64,000 nucleotides of DNA from Bispira polyomma (GCA_965649765.1 OZ287748.1:75082001-75146000), one strand, 5' to 3'. Numbered from the stretch's first letter, positions 38,560 through 51,345 are shown. Notes: generated by a model not told the origin, from the letters alone. Numbers and translations are program-made.

Positions 38560-38655
38560 CCGATGAGTAGAAGATAAAAGGCCAGCCATTGTTGAGTTGT
38601 ATTTCACACAGAAATCCAGACACAGACATGGCCAAGATTGTACCCAACATAGTAC
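38560..38655 (-). CDS. SLC17 paralog B exon (GTMLGTILAMSVSGFLCEIQLNNGWPFIFYSS)
   Basis: cacag acceptor and G|gtgagt donor. 96 nt. GWP..FY motif. Confidence 0.93.
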
Positions 38656-39355
38656 CTGTGGTACAAATACAGTAAAGAATCTATATATTGCCACATATTT
38701 GAATTTATGACATGTAAACACATGGACAAAAATAAATCAATTGGAAACCAAATTACCTGTATTAAATGACACCATTTTTATATATTTTTTATAATGATAA
38801 CATATAAGGATTTCTTAAGACAAAAAGTTAACATTGTCATTGAATTAGTGAAAGTTTTACAGGTGGCCAGTATTGAATATGAAAATTTTCTATTTTTGTC
38901 ACTCACTTATACAGCCTAACATCTAGCCTGCTCTAGCTAGCATCATATTAGTCACTTTAGAGGCTGAAGTTAAGCAAAGCCAGGCCATGGGAGATGAAAG
39001 TGTGTTTTGTTTTCTTAAGAAGTGATGTGAACAGGTTATAATTGAACACACACACTTAATATCAGATATGATAGTTCTTATTATCTCACTCAGTACTAGT
39101 TTTTACACTCAACATTTTCAAGTGCTCACTTCACAAGTAATGAGATGTCGTAGTATCTCTATGGTACTTGTAAATTCATATCCTGTTTATCTTCGAAGGA
39201 AATACAACTTTTTTAATGATCTGGATATCCAGAAGAACATTTACTACAAAAAAGTGAAGCAAAATTTAACTGCTATTTATTGTAAGAATTTTTATCACAC
39301 ATTATATCTTTCCTGCAGATAAAGTCATTTCTAGACAAAAGAAAAAGTGCTTGGT

Positions 39356-39427
39356 GTTATAATTTGACAGAAGAGTTATAATTTGGCCGAAGAGTTATAA
39401 TTTGGCAGAAGAGTTATAATTTGGCAC
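39356..39427. repeat. 19-nt tandem repeat x~4 (gttataatttggcagaaga)
   Basis: Read directly from the sequence. Confidence 0.85.
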
Positions 39428-39719
39428 AAAAAAAAGAACATGTTATGTCTGGCCTTATTTGTGACCTTATGGCAAAATTTCACTCGTCATATATAAATTG
39501 CTACATCAGAAATGTTTCCTCATGTTTTGGTTCATTAGTATCGTGTTTAAGTAATAGTCATTAAACATTTGTGCCAAATGAAAACACCCTGTGTCAAATA
39601 CCAATGCCAAGCATTAGGTTCAGTTCTCTAATGTTATTCACAGGTCAACATAATTCATTCCGGAATCCAAGACACTTACATAAATATCTGGTATGTCTCT
39701 CAGTCAAGCAAGAATCATA

Positions 39720-39910
39720 GTGTCCTCAGTGGTGCAGTGCTAACACACTTACCTTTTACCTCGACCGTCACAGATTCAAATCTCGGTCCTGGTGTGTATG
39801 TGGGAAATTTGGAGTGAACTTGCTGAAAGCCGTGGTGGTTTGCAGAGCACAAAAACTTCCAGTCATGACATGACACAAATGAGTTGAATGTGATCTTAAA
39901 CCCAAACTAC
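39720..39910 (+). mobile_element. Degenerate tRNA-derived SINE
   Basis: tggtgcagtgctaacac A-box, agattcaaatc B-box, tgtgggaaa segment, gttgaatgtgatcttaaacccaaact tail. Confidence 0.5.
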
Positions 39911-39937
39911 GCCACACTCAAGCATGCATGTAATCAC

Positions 39938-40025
39938 CTGCATATGTAGACGCTATAAGTTTGCTACGTTCCAAAGGCGGGGCCCATCTTCCCCACAAGC
40001 TGTGCATTGCAGGAAACACTACACC
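39938..40025 (-). CDS. SLC17 paralog B exon ([29 protein letters not shown])
   Basis: tacacag acceptor and G|gtgatt donor. 88 nt. Diagnostic [10 protein letters not shown] motif. Confidence 0.95.
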
Positions 40026-40076
40026 CTGTGTAAAATTGAGACAGACAAACCAAAAGTTATGCATAAGATTAACATA

Positions 40077-40251
40077 CAGTCAAACATCTTAAGTAGAACT
40101 CTGTTAACCCGATTTCCCTCTTATGTAGAGAGAAAAATTGTAGTACTACAAAGGTCCTTTTCTTTTATAATGTAGCCTGTTATGTAGAAATCCTGCTTAA
40201 GTAGAGGTATTTATCCTGGTCCTTTAAAATTTCACTTAAAGGGGTCAACTG
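40077..40251. mobile_element. pogo/Tigger-like MITE, family 2 (TA TSD)
   Basis: ta|cagtcaaacatcttaagtagaa...ttcacttaaaggggtcaactg|ta. Related copies at 56608-56776, ~21320, ~25185 and ~15400. Confidence 0.65.
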
Positions 40252-40681
40252 TATATGACTAACTACTTCTTATTATATGGTTTATGAATCTATTTCAATC
40301 CTGCAATAAAAACCAATGTGGCATGGTGAAGTTTGGATCATGAATTTATAAAGGTCCAACCTTTGCCGCAGTAACCATTTTTTTTATAAAATATTTATTA
40401 AAATCCATTGCTGGAAGTTAGTGTGATTTGTGATAGAAGAATAAAATGAAACACTAAGGCAACACAAAGCAGAGACTTTGGTAATTTGTACCATACAATT
40501 CTCTATTATCTGGATTCCTCTTTTCTGAATATTCAGTTTTATGAACTCATTTGTAATCTCCTGAATGCATGTTTTCCTACTGTTTCAAACAGCAATTCCT
40601 CTTCTATTATATAAACCTATTATCAGAATAGATTCTTCCTCTTCCAACATATTTAGATAATAGAGTTTCATCTGTACTTAC

Positions 40682-40912
40682 GTGAGTCAGTCCCATGATA
40701 AACCGGAGTAGAATCACAAGGTAGTGGTTTATCCTGGCTGCCGCTGGTATTAACATATTGGCCACCACACTGATGATCATGCCAATCCCGAGGACATGTT
40801 TCCCACCTAATTTCGTGGCCAGCCAACCTCCAGGAACTTGCGTAATGATGTAGCCCCAGAAGAAGGCAGTCAACATGAAACCCTTCAATCTCTTGTCCCA
40901 GTAAAACTCACC
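40682..40912 (-). CDS. SLC17 paralog B exon (GEFYWDKRLKGFMLTAFFWGYIITQVPGG...RFIMGLTH)
   Basis: ttgtag acceptor and CAC|gtaagt donor. 231 nt, same as the paralog A exon. Confidence 0.94.
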
Positions 40913-42037
40913 CTACAATTAAAAGTTACCAATTTTCGCAACAAAATACTACAAATGACAGTAAGTGCAGTAAGAAAGTTAATGTACTTGGCTAGTGAAA
41001 AAATGATTCCCTTAGCTAGTGACATGTTAAATTTATATTAAGTCTTTTAGGTAAAGCAATGAGCGATATTGAAAATAAATTCAAGTGAATTCCTTAGGAA
41101 CTGTAATTTAGTGAAATTTCATATAACAGCTGTATAATGTCCATTTAAATGTATTTTATTATTGTGTTACATTGGAGGTTCTATCAGAACATTTGTAAAC
41201 AGATAACTGAAATTTCATCAACCCTTTCCACCCCTAGGTTGTCCGCTAGTAATCGACAAAATTACTGATTACTCACAGAACCTGTGTCTGTATGATTTCC
41301 CTCAGAAATTGTTTATATATCAGTATCCGTTAAAAAAATTATATGAGGCCATTATTGAATGCTGGAAGTATTCTGTGGTCTGTGTTTTAAAGACTATGGC
41401 TATCTGTAACCTATCTCCGAAAAATTTTCTTTGGTGTTCCTGGTAATAGTTTTCTCTTAGGGCCGAAGGGTTAAACCATTAGTACAAAATAGTACAGGTA
41501 TAAAAAGGTAATATGTCAACAATTGAGAATATTCTGATAATAAACATTTTACTGTATCAAACTGTTGTTATGGTAAAATAAATACATGTACTACAATGCT
41601 TTGCAAAAGTTGAGTATGCCTTATTTATTAAAAATGATGCAAAAAATATTTTAAGAAGTCTGTAACAGATTAGCAGTATAACTTGTAAAGAAAAGAGAAC
41701 TAATTTAATTAATGTCATTTTATCATCACCAGTAAAACCAGAGTATCACAACTATCAATGAATACAACAAGGTCAAAGGGACTCTCTATCCACCCAAGAC
41801 CTGCCTGACAACACAAAATCAATGTCTATTCAACAAGGTCTATGGTTTTACCCAAAATGTTCATGCAATATAAACTTATATAAAATAGCGCCAACAAAGA
41901 TTCCGGTAAGTAAAAGGAAAATTGATGTTGCATGTCTACACACTAAGATTTACAGTGGATACAAATAAGATATTGCTCAATTAAAATTAACACTGAGCCA
42001 TAAGAGGTCTGTTAATTTGGGTTACAGATATACATAC

Positions 42038-42324
42038 CTCCAAATTTTCTGCTTTAGCATTTAAATCTCCACAAACTTCATCATCCCTAATCAAAGAAGC
42101 TCCGGTAGTTAATTCACTAATATTATTGGCAGTGTTTTTATCAGTTGTTGGCAGTATTGTTGTGTGATTGATCCACGTTTCATTACCATAGTATTCAGTA
42201 GGAGGCATTGTTGTCGTCATACACACAATAGCTACACTGAAGTTTATCCGTAGTAGGTAGAGTAACATAAATGTGAAGGTTCCCTGTACGGCCAGTATTA
42301 ACCTGGTAGAGATACACATAGGAG
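42038..42324 (-). CDS. SLC17 paralog B TM1/loop-1 exon (PMCISTRLILAVQG...YLLRINFSVAIVCM...ENLE)
   Basis: ttcttgtag acceptor at 42327-42325 and GAG|gtatgt donor. ATG at 42319. All ten exons join in frame (1541 nt). Confidence 0.9.
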
Positions 42325-42515
42325 CTACAAGAACAAAGAACACTGAATCAGTTACAGTGACATAAATGTGAATGTCCTCTGTACAGCCAGTACTTTAACC
42401 TGGTAGCGATACAATATACAAGAACAAAGAACACTGAATCAGTGACCATGGGATGAACTAAATTCATATGCTTATTCACGTTGATATTCAGCACATCTAT
42501 CTAATTTTACCTGGC

Positions 42516-43001
42516 TGTTACATTTAAGGGGAAAATGTAGGCATAGAATCGTTTAGTGATGCTCTAACTAGATTTATTAAAACAAAGAAACCGGAATCAT
42601 TGACAAATTAACTGGCGCCAGTGTATACAAACAAAACTCAACAAATGATTACTAACCAAATGAAATATAATATACAATAATTTTGTAGATAAAATACAAC
42701 AATACATAAACAGTCTACTGGAGGGGTGATCTAAACTGACTGACTTTTGAGTTCTACAAGTTCCTAAATTAGGCTGGTCACAGTATATCATAAAACAGTC
42801 CGGTAGAAAAGTTGTTCAAATTAACATCTGAGGTAAACCCATAGGTGAGAAGATACACGGAAGAACCCTGTTCCTGGATCCCTGGACAATACACTAGATA
42901 AGTACGCTCAATCCGGAAGTGGGAAGTGGCAATTGGTGGAGCGGTAAACGATACACCGCTGTGAAACAGCTCAGTAGTTACAGGTCAGAAGTTACACAAC
43001 A
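42516..43001 (-). repeat. 3' LTR (486 bp)
   Basis: Differs from 47930-48413 by 4 substitutions and 2 one-base indels (manual comparison). Confidence 0.96.
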
Positions 43002-43074
43002 TACCTACACCCTTAGACAATACTCTGTATTGTACCAAGCTCAAAATAATAACCTTCACAAGAACCTTCTAAAC

Positions 43075-44870
43075 TTACACTCTACTTAAGTAATCTGCAG
43101 CCACATTCTCAGAACCCTTGATGGCTCTAATTCTAAAACTAAAGGACTGTAAACATAATGCCCAACGCATTAACCTACTATTATCCAGCTTGGCTCGAGT
43201 GAGATAAACAAGAGGGTGATGGTCTGTCTCAACTTCAAATTCCCTTCCATGTAAGCTGAAAATTTCTTTACAGCCCATACTAAGGCATAGCACTCCTTTT
43301 CTATCACCGAATAGTTCTTTTCTCTGGGCAATAGCTTTTTGCTGGCATATTCAACAGGAAATTTTCTGTCCTCATATTCTTGAAGTAGCACCGCCCCAAT
43401 ACCATTTTCAGATGCATCACATTGCAAAACAAATGACTTGTTGAAATCTGGCAAGTGTAAAATGGGCCTCTTGGACAATAATTCTTTCAAAGCTCTAAAA
43501 GCCTTCTCCTGTGGCTCTTCCCACCTCACTTTATTTGGTAGTCCTTTCCTGGTCAGATCTGATAGTGGTGCTGCAACAGCGCTGAAGTTTGGAATGTACT
43601 TCCCATAATAGCCAATAAAACCCAGAAAACTGCGCACTTGTTTTTTGGTAACTGGAGCTGGTACAGATAAAATATCCAGAATTTTATCTTCCTCCGGCTT
43701 CATTCCTCCTTCACTGATCTGGTTGCCAACAAACGTGAGGTCCTTAAATCCAACCCGGCACTTGGATGGTTTCACGGTAAGTCTGGCTTGTTTCAGCCTT
43801 TCAAAGAGACTCCTCAACTCACACATATGGTCCTCCCAAGTAGCAGTATGACAAAGTACATCATCTATATAGCTGTCAGAGTTACTCAGGCCCTTAAGCA
43901 ATTTGCGTGCCATCTTGTTGAAAGTGGCTGCTGCATTGACAAGTCCAAATGGCATCTTGAGGAAACAAAAACTGCCCTGAGGTGTAAGAAAACAGGTTTT
44001 TCCTTGGCTACTTTCATCAAGCGGAATCTGCCAATACCCCTTGGTCATGTCAAATTTGCTGAGATATACATGTCCATGCAATTTTGTGTAAATATCATTG
44101 GCTATCATCATAGGTTCCGTCGAAAATATGGTCTGTAAATTCAGCAGCCTAAAATCAATACAGAAACAAATCTTCCCATCTTTCTTTTTGACCAGTACTA
44201 TTGGTGATGCAAATGGGGAGTCACAGACACGGATTACCCCTAGCTTCAACATTGAATCAACTTCCTCAGCTACTGTATCTCTCATATGATATGGAACTGG
44301 ATAAGGCCGTCTCCTAACTGGTTCTTCATTGTGAAGCACAATTTTGTGTTCTACCAGATCTGTAGTACCAGATAAATCTGAGAATATACTACTGTATTCC
44401 AACAGTAACTCCATCACCTGATGTTTCTGCTCAACTGTCAAATCTGGATTGACTCTCACATCTCTATAAGTCTCTGTCTTCTGCTGAGGATACGTGTCCA
44501 TTAGATCTTCCTCCAGAACAGCGTTACCTTCAGGCTCTTCTTCAATCAGGGAGACTGCCACCACATCAAACGGGGAACCTCCTGAACTCGCAACTATTGA
44601 GTCTTCACCTTCCCCCCTCTGTTGTAAGTACTTCTTTAACATGTTTGCATGGAATATTTTTTCCTTGTCTTTCATTCTAATGGCATAATCATTTAACCCC
44701 TTGACCGCCACCACCTCATATGGACCCTTCCACGACATCAACAGTTTATTGGCCTCAGTGGGAAGTAACACTAAAACTCTGTCACCAACTTTGAAATTTC
44801 GGGGTTTGGACTTTTTGTCATACCCAGTTTTTGATCTCGACTGTGTCTTCCCAAGTTCCTCATGAGCTCA
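43075..44870 (-). pseudogene. Gypsy pol C-terminal part: integrase C-terminus, RT, RNase H
   Basis: WKGPY, SPIVLVKKKDG, FDMTKGYWQ, MPFGL, YIDD, CDAS, IEKE, TDH and NVAADYLSR motifs. Frameshift at ~43250. In-frame TGA at 44870-44868. Confidence 0.92.
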
Positions 44871-46277
44871 TTTACAGGTTTCTTCTAATCTGTTCCTGAG
44901 ATCAACCACATATCCATAAGTTGTCTTGACTTCATCTGATGTTCCTTCTTTAGTCCACAATTCATGTAGTATATGCATGGGTCCTCGAACTGTCCTTCCA
45001 TACAATAGCTCAAATGGTGAAAAACCTAGGCTGGCTTGCGGTGCTTCCCTGTATGCAAATAACACAGCTGGAATGTATCGGTCCCAATCCTTCGGTTTTT
45101 CCTGACAAAGTCTTTTTATCATGGACTTCAGCACGAGATAAAATTTTTCCACTAACCCATTACACATCGGATGGTAAGGCGTGGTTACCATTTGTTTGAC
45201 GCTTAAAAGTCTTCCAATTTCCTTCATGAGATGACTCAAGAACTGTGTACCCTGATCACTCAGAATCTCTGACGGTATACCAACCCTGGTGAAAATGTTG
45301 ACCAGTCCTTCAGCCACTGACTCTGTGTCGATAAATTTCAAAGGTATAGCTTCTGGATATCTTGTCACATAATCTATCAAGGTCAACATGTAGCGATGTC
45401 CACGATCAGATACGGGAGTGATTGGACCAACCAAATCAATAGCCACCCGTTTGAAGGGTGTGTCGATGAGCGGCATGTTTTGAAGTGGCACTCTGGATAC
45501 TCTTCCCTTTGGGGTAGTTCGCTGACAGATGTCACAGGAATTACAGTATCTGTTGACATCATCCTGGAGACCAGGCCAATAAAAGTTCGACATGATTTTG
45601 TCGCACGTCTTTCTGATCCCAAGATGCCCTCCCATTATTGTTTCATGGGCTAACCTCATGACTTTATTCCTCAGACTGCGTGGCACAACAAGTTGCTTCA
45701 CTAAGTTTCTATGAGACTGAAACCTTCTATACAGCAATCTGGATTTAATCTCGAACCAGGACAGATTCTTCCCTCTAGTTCTTGACTGGCGACCTGACTC
45801 AGCCATATCCCAGTACCGCCTCAAACTACTGTCATCCTTCTGGTCTTGAATTAAACTTTCAGCAGTAACACTGATGTCTAACTGTGGACTCGTATGCAAA
45901 TGCTTTGCTGGTGACTTGCTTTTAGCCACTTGATGTCTAGTTTGAACCGCACCAACACAGTCACTAACAACCGGACTCGCACATCCAACTGAAGGTATCG
46001 TCTCTTTGCTGTTCCAATTAGGGTCAGGATCACCAGGTGATCTGACTCCTGGAATGTTTCCTAATACCAGGGGACACACAGGCTTGTCCATGCACATTGC
46101 TTCTACTATCCCAACATAAAAGGGTGTGTTGACCTTTATCCTAGCCGTCTGTACTCTTTTCACCGACCCATCTACTAAGATACACAAATGCGTTTTGCCG
46201 GTAAGCTGCTTGTCGTCGACCAAGCTGCGCTGAACCACTACTCCTGAACATCCTGTATCCCGTAATGTGTCTATCAC
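44868..46277 (-). pseudogene. Gypsy pol N-terminal part: aspartic protease and integrase
   Basis: LRDTGC protease motif; HHCC (HETIMGGH...CDIC); DDE residues in DLVGP, SDQG and GLVE. Confidence 0.92.
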
Positions 46278-47406
46278 TTGAGAGTCAACACGGTCATATT
46301 TCTCAAAACCGATCTTCTTTCTTTAGTCTGGTCACAGGCTCCACTAACTATAGGCACATGTCTTCCACAGGCTAATTTTAAGGAGTCTTTCCCGACACAG
46401 TCCTGTTCACATGAATGTACAATGCAAGACGAGGCTTCTTGCACATCTTTGTTACCCTTTTGCTGCATATGACCCTTCACTAACCCTCGTAAATCTTCTG
46501 ATATAACTGAGGCCACAGTTTTTGTCCAGGACATGACCTTGACTCGACAATCCTTGGCAATGTGGCCCAACTTGCCACCCTTGAAACACTTCCTGTCCTT
46601 ATTTCCTGTCCTTACGGGAACACTGTTTTCTTTTACCGGCTTCCCAGGTTTAGCCGATGCATGAAAAGTGTTTAACTCTGAATGGGCTTCCAAATACATC
46701 TCAGAGAGTTCCGCCATTTCCACAGCCGTCTTTGGATTCCTCTCCTTAAGAAAAACTGCCAGGCTCCTACTACTAGCATTCAGAAACTGTTCTCTGACCA
46801 ATAAATCCACAAGTCCATCATATGTGTGTTCAGTCCTGCTAAGATCCACCCATCTTTTTAAATAGTTATGTAGCCTAACCGCAAACTGACTTGAGCTCTC
46901 ACCATTGACTATCTTGCTAGAACGGAACTTGATGCGAAAACCTTCATCATTCATCTGATATCGTTTGAGTAAAGCCAACTTAAGCACTTCGTAGTCATCA
47001 GCCTCAACGTCACTCAGTCGAGAATAAACCTCTAGAGCAATTCCTGTCAAAAGCGCACTCAAGTGTCCGCAGGCCAGTCTTGACTTTCAGCAAAACGCTC
47101 AAATCGTAGAAGATAAGCATCAATATCTGTCTTTCCATCCTCGAACACAGGTAACTTAGGTACCCGAGACTTGGCAGAGCTGTCTCTCGCTGGAACATTT
47201 GGTTCAGCTCTACTGGAAATATTTGCAGCTTCCACCTCTAACTCCTTTACCTCTTTTTCTCTCTCTACCATCTCCCTTTCATGTTCTCTTCTAAGCCTTC
47301 GTTCCTCCCTTTCTCTCCCTTGTTCTTCACTAACAAAGTCTCTGAGCTCTACTCCCTCATAACCTAACTCCTTTCCGAGTTTTACCAGCTGTTCTAGCTG
47401 ATCCAT
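46274..47406 (-). pseudogene. Gypsy gag with SCAN-like capsid C-terminal domain and mutated zinc knuckle
   Basis: DIDAYLLRFER; LVDLLVREQFL...FLKERNPKT; CFKGGKLGHIAKDC (second Cys lost); frameshifting deletion at ~47060. Confidence 0.88.
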
Positions 47407-47529
47407 AATGTAATAGGTGCCTTACAAACTCTTATTCTTTTTGGGGAAAATTTACCTTAGGCAAGGCCTTGTAAGACAACTGCACCTACTACAACACCTA
47501 CACACCGTCTGACTAATCACACAGACACT

Positions 47530-47750
47530 GAGAATCCACTCAAAATTAGCAATTAAGAGAATCCACCCAACTACTTTTGCTATGATAACCATACAGCCAA
47601 CTAAATTAGTTGCAATGAGAATCCACTCAATTAAGTTAGTTATAAATGAGAATCCACTCAATTAAGTTAGTTATAAATGAGAATCCACTCAATTGGTACT
47701 AATCCCACCAATATTTCACCCAGTTTTCCTTTCAATGAGAATCCACTCAG
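47530..47750. repeat. ~31-nt tandem repeats in Gypsy 5' leader (gagaatccactcaattaagttagttataaat)
   Basis: gagaatccac repeated at least 6 times. Confidence 0.8.
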
Positions 47751-47910
47751 AGAACTAATACAAAGCTAGGAACACACTCAATCCAGCAGTCTAATAAAAT
47801 ACCTTACTGCTGACCACAAATAATACTATATACCAACCCTGAACTTACTAACACCTACAGCCTACAAGGACTAAACCACCATTATACAACACTATTAACC
47901 TAATTTGAGC

Positions 47911-47928
47911 ATCATGGTCATGGCACCA
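47911..47928 (-). promoter_or_regulatory. Primer-binding site, tRNA-His-like
   Basis: tggtgccatgaccatgat directly after the 5' LTR; 14/18 match to TGGTGCCGTGACTCGGAT (tRNA-His 3' complement, recalled from memory). Confidence 0.7.
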
Positions 47929-47929
47929 A

Positions 47930-48413
47930 TGTTACATTTAAGGGGAAAATGTAGGCATAGAATCGTATAGTGATGCTCTAACTAGATTTATTAAAACAAA
48001 GAAACCGGAATCTTGACAAATTAACTGGCGCCAGTGTATACAAACAAAACTCAACAAATGATTACTAACCAAATGAAATATAATATACAATAATTTGTAG
48101 ATAAAATACAACAATACATAAACAGTCTACTGGAGGGGTGATCTAAACTGACTGACTTTTGAGTTCTACAAGTTCCTAAATTAGGCTGGTTACAGTATAT
48201 CATAAAACAGTCCGGTAGAAAAGTTGTTCAAATTAACATCTGAGGTAAACCCATAGGTGAGAAGATACACGGAAGAACCCTGTTCCTGGATCCCTGGACA
48301 ATACACTAGATAAGTACACTCAATCCGGAAGTGGGAAGTGGCAATTGGTGGAGCGGTAAACGGTACACCGCTGTGAAACAGCTCAGTAGTTACAGGTCAG
48401 AAGTTACACAACA
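47930..48413 (-). repeat. 5' LTR (484 bp)
   Basis: Direct repeat of 42516-43001. Confidence 0.96.
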
Positions 48414-51345
48414 CTGGCATTCAAATTAGTAATGAAGTTTCACGATTGCTCAAATACAACCAGTCAGCCCCAGTAACTGTCATTCCCCTTAACTGAAGAT
48501 AGGAATGAGGATGACACCATTTATCAATGCCCCCAAGGTTCCTCAGCCTGCCACTGTGAATAAGACCCAATGACAGAGGACCACTATTTCAAGTTGTCAA
48601 CCTAGCTACTATGCCCTTGTCTCTGCCTGGAAACCCCAGTGTGGGATCAAACCCAGGGTTGAAGTGTCCCCAAGTGATTGTGTTTACCCACTAGGTCATA
48701 GTGGCAGATGTGTCATGGATATATATACTGCACCAGTACAGTCAATAAGCTCCATCTAAGAACTATCAGGAAATACATTGCACTACAAAAAGACAGAAAC
48801 TGCAGGATGACCATTGATCAATGGCCCCAAAGTTCTTCAGTTTGCCACTGTGTACGTACAATGTATCAATATGTAGTTGGGATCCCCAGACTAGGATCAA
48901 ACTCTAAGCAAGTGTTTTTGTCTACTCAGCTGTACTGGCAGGTGATTATAAGACAATATTCTACAACAAGTGGAATAGGGAGGTAGGTTTGGAGTTACCA
49001 CAGATATATCTACTGGAGCTAACCTAATCTAACTAAACCTTCTGGTCAATAATCTGTGTACCAGCAGATTATAAGGTGCAACTATCTAATAAGTATAGGT
49101 CATTAACTGTAGAGCGGTTAGACAGAAAATGGTCTTATCCTTTCAACCTGTTGGGATGAAACAGATTTTAACACCTTTTATTGGACTAAATCAGCCAATT
49201 AACCCCTTGATTATTGAGCAAACAGCATTTATGTGAAGAATAGCATTTCCTGGTGATAGGTTTACTTGGGGTCAATAAAACACACACCACTAAATACTCC
49301 TGGGCTTTTCTAGAGATGGTTATAAAACTGCTGAATATCCAACTGTAAATACTAAATATAAAAATATGGCCTAAGTTTATAAGACAAAAATTGTGAAAAT
49401 AAGTATTATTGTAAAAGAAAATAAAGACCACCATATTTGTATTTACATTTTTTGGCAGCGAAATGCATTTGGTTAATAATGATAGCATATCCCCATGAGG
49501 TAAAACAGGTACACTGCAGAACGTTTGTATGTATATTGTTAATATCTTCTTGTCATGAAGCTAATTGCTCAAGACAACTAGATCAGGCTTATGTGTAGCC
49601 ATTTGTCAATCACTGCAAAAAATTAGAAAGACATCTGGACAGTTGTTTTGTATGGTATTATAAAATGTATATGCTTCAAACCCAGGTCCTTTGCATTCTA
49701 CAGTGAGTTTGATGGGAAGCACAAGAATTTTGTTGAACAAATCGTCTTTTAGATTGATTAAAAATACATGTATTTATGTTATTGTAAGCCTTAAAAGCTC
49801 TTGACAAGCCCAGAACTTTAAATCAACAGCAGCTATCAATCATCGATAACCTACGCTACAGACCAACATTAAAAAAAATTGAAAATATAAAGATTCCTGA
49901 AAGTACTATTGATTAGCTTGTCATAATGTTTATTCCCATGTATAAGAAATTCTACATCTACGTAATTGTACTGGATCAATCTGCGGGATACTATGGATTG
50001 TACATGGCTATGCCGTCACTGGCTGCAGAATGATTGTTCTCATTATCATTCTTACGCCTAAACTATAGTGGGGATATCTTATTAAATTTGCTATGTTACA
50101 TGAGAATGTTATGCTCCTCCAACTTTATACCCTTATTCATTAAAATAAAATTGTCTGTGATCCACCTTACAAAAGCTTCTTTTCAGCTGTGTTATGGTGA
50201 TGCTATTGTTTACTTTTTTGTGAAATCACGTATTGGCCTACTTTTTGAGAAGTGTTACGATGTAGTAAAGGGCTTTCCAGACTGCCGACGACACAATAAA
50301 AAAATATAGAAATAAGATATAGAGGTTACATATACTGCTCCCTAAAGAGTGTGTGTGTGTGGAGGGAGTGGCGGGGAGGGAGGTGCCGGGAATTCACACA
50401 TATTGTATGGATTATGCAGTGCTGTCATCTTTGATGTGAATAGTACTGTAGTGTAGTGTAGTCGGCAGTGTAAAAATCCCTTTGTTTCAAGTCTAGCTCT
50501 GTCGTAAAATAAATAATTGCTACATTGAGTATTGAATAAGTATTTTACATTTAACCTATGATCTCTTTGCTGTCTGAAAATTGTTGTCAAATAAGTTGTT
50601 CATCCACATTCACTTACAACAGAGCTGTAATTAGGACCGTGTCTAGTTGGTAATTAAATCCTGCCTACCTTAAATAGCTTATTATACAGGTATTTAGCCT
50701 TTAAGTGAGAAACAATGAGAAATGGGGTGTTCTTGACAAAACATTAAGTTTGTTATGGGTCTGGGCCAACTTGGTCCAATTTTCATGCCATTTGATTTGA
50801 CTATAATTTTGGCTGTTGGGCCTTAGAATCCGCTAGTGTGGAGATTAAGCACCATTACAGAATTGATTAGATGATCTGATAGTATTACTACATGTTCAGT
50901 TAAATAAACTGATTGCAATGATACAGAAACTCTGTACCCGCACTGCTTCCTTTCTTACACAACTCACTCAAGCACAGCATGCAAATGAACAAACCATAAA
51001 ATTTATTAATACATTTTATTTATTTAAAAAATAATAATAATAATATTTCTTCATACAAAAGATTTTTAAACTTAGAAAATATTGTACATACTCTTTATAA
51101 AATAATTTTTTATTATAATAAATGCTTTCATTACACGTGTTATATACCATATTTTCTATAATAAAATCCCCCCTCTTTAATGACCCCTCCCCCCTCCCCC
51201 GTTTTAGCAGATATTTATATCACTAAATGACAATATTTAAGCAGGTACTACACTAAATTATATATTGGGAAATGGTTACATCTTTCCTTCAGGTGGTGAT
51301 AAACATGTGAACATAGAGGCTGCTACTAAATAATTGTATCATGAT

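Larger units (their letters stand above)
42516..48413 (-). mobile_element. Full-length Ty3/Gypsy LTR retrotransposon of the Gmr1-like type (gag-PR-IN-RT-RH), mildly mutated
   Basis: TG...CA LTRs at 42516-43001 and 47930-48413; 5-bp TSD ctggc (42511-42515 / 48414-48418); PBS; PPT-like aagggtgtaggta; integrase upstream of RT. Confidence 0.96.

Noticed and set aside
49845-49900. Candidate upstream exon of SLC17 paralog B (ATG TTG GTC TGT AGC|gtaggt)
   Set aside because: Its phase 0 does not match the phase 1 acceptor at 42324, and there is no homology support.
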